From an uncultured Gemmatimonadota bacterium (lineage in GTDB: Bacteria; GCA-2686955): DNA of 32,199 nucleotides. The notes below the pieces were generated by a model. That model did not search any database and was not told the DNA's origin. It saw nothing but the letters and a program-made list of their open reading frames with translations. Positions within the stretch are counted from its first letter, which is position 1, and each line of letters begins with the position of its first letter. The position numbers and the translations under genes are program-made. The DNA is taken from the NCBI GenBank assembly GCA_964490075.1, contig CAZBBK010000068.1, forward strand, positions 1 through 32,199, given 5' to 3'. This document shows, in pieces, positions 30,704 to 32,199 of this stretch.

Positions 30704-31225
30704 TTACACGTCCATCGATTCCGGCTCGTAGTACTCCCGTGGGTGTTTGCAGCACGGGCATTTTCCCGGAGGCTGGGTCCCCTCGTGAATGTAGCCGCAC
30801 ACCGAGCACTTCCATCGAATCGGGGCCTCGCGCTTGTAGACGGTTCCTTTCTCGACCATCTCGAGCAGGCGCTTGTAACGGTCGCGGTGCTCGGCTTCGA
30901 CCCGGGCGATCATCTTGAACAGAAGCGCCGCCTCTTTGTTGCCCTCCTCTTCGGCCGCTGCGGCAAACTCCGGATACATCGCGGTGGTCTCGTAGTGCTC
31001 ACCCTCGATCGCCTCTTTCAGGTTCGCCACCGTATCGCCGATTCCACCGAGCAACGCGAACTCGTCCTTCGCGTGCCGCATCTCGTTGATCGCCGTCTCC
31101 TCGAATACCTTGGCGATATAGTGATAGCCCTCCTTCTGCGCCACCTTGGCGAAATAGGTGTACATATTGCGCGCCTTACTCTCGCCCGCAAACGCAGCCT
31201 CTAGATTCTCTTCTGTCTTCGACAT
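30704..31225 (-). CDS. rbr: Rubrerythrin
   Basis: Di-iron motifs AFAGES, NEMRHA, GEHYE and EAEH, plus C-terminal rubredoxin-like WKCSVCGY..CPCC. ATG 31225 after GAGG. Confidence 0.95.
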   Translation of the reverse strand: MSKTEENLEAAFAGESKARNMYTYFAKVAQKEGYHYIAKVFEETAINEMRHAKDEFALLGGIGDTVANLKEAIEGEHYETTAMYPEFAAAAEEEGNKEAALLFKMIARVEAEHRDRYKRLLEMVEKGTVYKREAPIRWKCSVCGYIHEGTQPPGKCPCCKHPREYYEPESMDV

Positions 31226-31390
31226 CGATCGTTCCTCGCATGGATATCTCTCTCGACCAGCGATCGGGGATTCGGTCGTTGCGCCCGATCGCGCGGGGCG
31301 CCCATTGTAGTTGGGTTTGTCCGAGCACTGGTAGGCGAATGCACCCGGGACTGAACTTAGGGTCCGCGCAGAAATACTGTCATCCGACCC

Positions 31391-31425
31391 ACAGCCCACA
31401 GCCCACGGCCCACGGTCCACAGTCC
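31391..31425. repeat. Five degenerate tandem 7-bp repeats (ACRGYCC)
   Basis: acagccc acagccc acggccc acggtcc acagtcc. Confidence 0.8.
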
Positions 31426-31508
31426 AAATGCGCAAGGCAGCACCGTCCGGGACCGGCGTGAACGGTTACACCCGGACTCCCCGGTGTTCGGCACGAGTGG
31501 GGACCGCG

Positions 31509-31946
31509 TCACGCTCCGGGACGCGCAGGGCAGTGCGCGTTGTCACACCGCGGGCAGACCATCCCGCGGATCAGCACGCCGGCCCCGATCAGCAGGACCA
31601 CGTACACACCCAGGGCCGCCGTGCTCCTCCACATCCAGGCCAGGGGGACACCCAGCAGGGCGAGCAGCGCCGCGACAGTGACGGCCAGCGCGATGGCGCC
31701 GTACTCGCCCGGCGACGTCCCTGGGAACAGCCACCGCGCTACCATGCCGGGCACCACGTGGCCACAGCGATCCCGGCACGGACACCGCGCGCAGAAGACT
31801 GCGATGATCGCGATGGACGAGGTTCCGGCGATAGCCAGGTAGGCTGTCCCCCACCCAGCCGAGTAGGTGAAGGCGACCGCCGCCGCGAGGGAAGCGGCTC
31901 CGAGAACCATGAGCAGGCTTACGATACCGGCGACGCGACTCTGCAT
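31509..31946 (-). CDS. Small 4-TM membrane protein with two Cys clusters
   Basis: RBS AGGAGG, four hydrophobic segments, motifs CARCPCRDRCGH and CPRCDNAHCP. Confidence 0.75.
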   Translation of the reverse strand: MQSRVAGIVSLLMVLGAASLAAAVAFTYSAGWGTAYLAIAGTSSIAIIAVFCARCPCRDRCGHVVPGMVARWLFPGTSPGEYGAIALAVTVAALLALLGVPLAWMWRSTAALGVYVVLLIGAGVLIRGMVCPRCDNAHCPARPGA

Positions 31947-32199
31947 GTCACCTCCTGGCTCTGCCGTGGAATCCCTGGAGGGCGGCAGGTTGGTCTGGTC
32001 GCGAGCGCCTCGTATGGTAGGGGAGCACAGGTCGCGGGACCATCCCCCTGTAGCCTATCCTGCCTGCACGAATCCCGGCGCCGGCGCCGGGAGGACGACG
32101 CGGAAGGGCATGCACAGGTTGAACCCGAAGGCCATCGGGGAGTTTAGGTGCGGTTGTCAACCACCTACCGTCCGAAAACTCAGGACAGTCGCCGGCCGA

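Noticed and set aside
32160-32195. Minus-strand ACTGTCCTGAGTTTTCGGAC resembling an IS terminal inverted repeat
   Set aside because: It sits at the window edge with no partner repeat or transposase visible.

Overview
High-GC bacterial chromosomal window, probably from a diderm and of unknown lineage. The left edge (1-1.2 kb) is a mosaic of gene fragments: an IS91 transposase N-terminus, a CzcA/CusA C-terminus and a lamin-tail/Ig-like piece. Next come a smc-btpA-yqaA operon, a secreted S8 protease, selA with a DUF481 barrel gene upstream, an ethylbenzene-dehydrogenase-related heme protein, a LEA_2 lipoprotein and mutM. Two features stand out. (1) A secreted thioredoxin-fold selenoprotein that the ORF track splits in two (13461-14303): its in-frame TGA gives U-G-G-C and is followed by a SECIS-like hairpin, about 3 kb from selA. 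(2) A CRISPR-independent module of a TPR-CHAT protease divergent from a beta-helix protein, an ECF-like sigma factor and a putative anti-sigma (15131-21867). Three apparently secreted proteins share a C-terminal Ig-like domain. From about 21.9 to 30 kb lies a decaying accessory region: a GH-like/DNRLRE protein, two frameshifted LVIVD-like paralogs, an IS91/ISCR remnant with an oriIS-like end, and other remnants. The window ends with yaiI, rubrerythrin and a Cys-rich membrane protein. All calls come from reading motifs by eye; no database searches were run.
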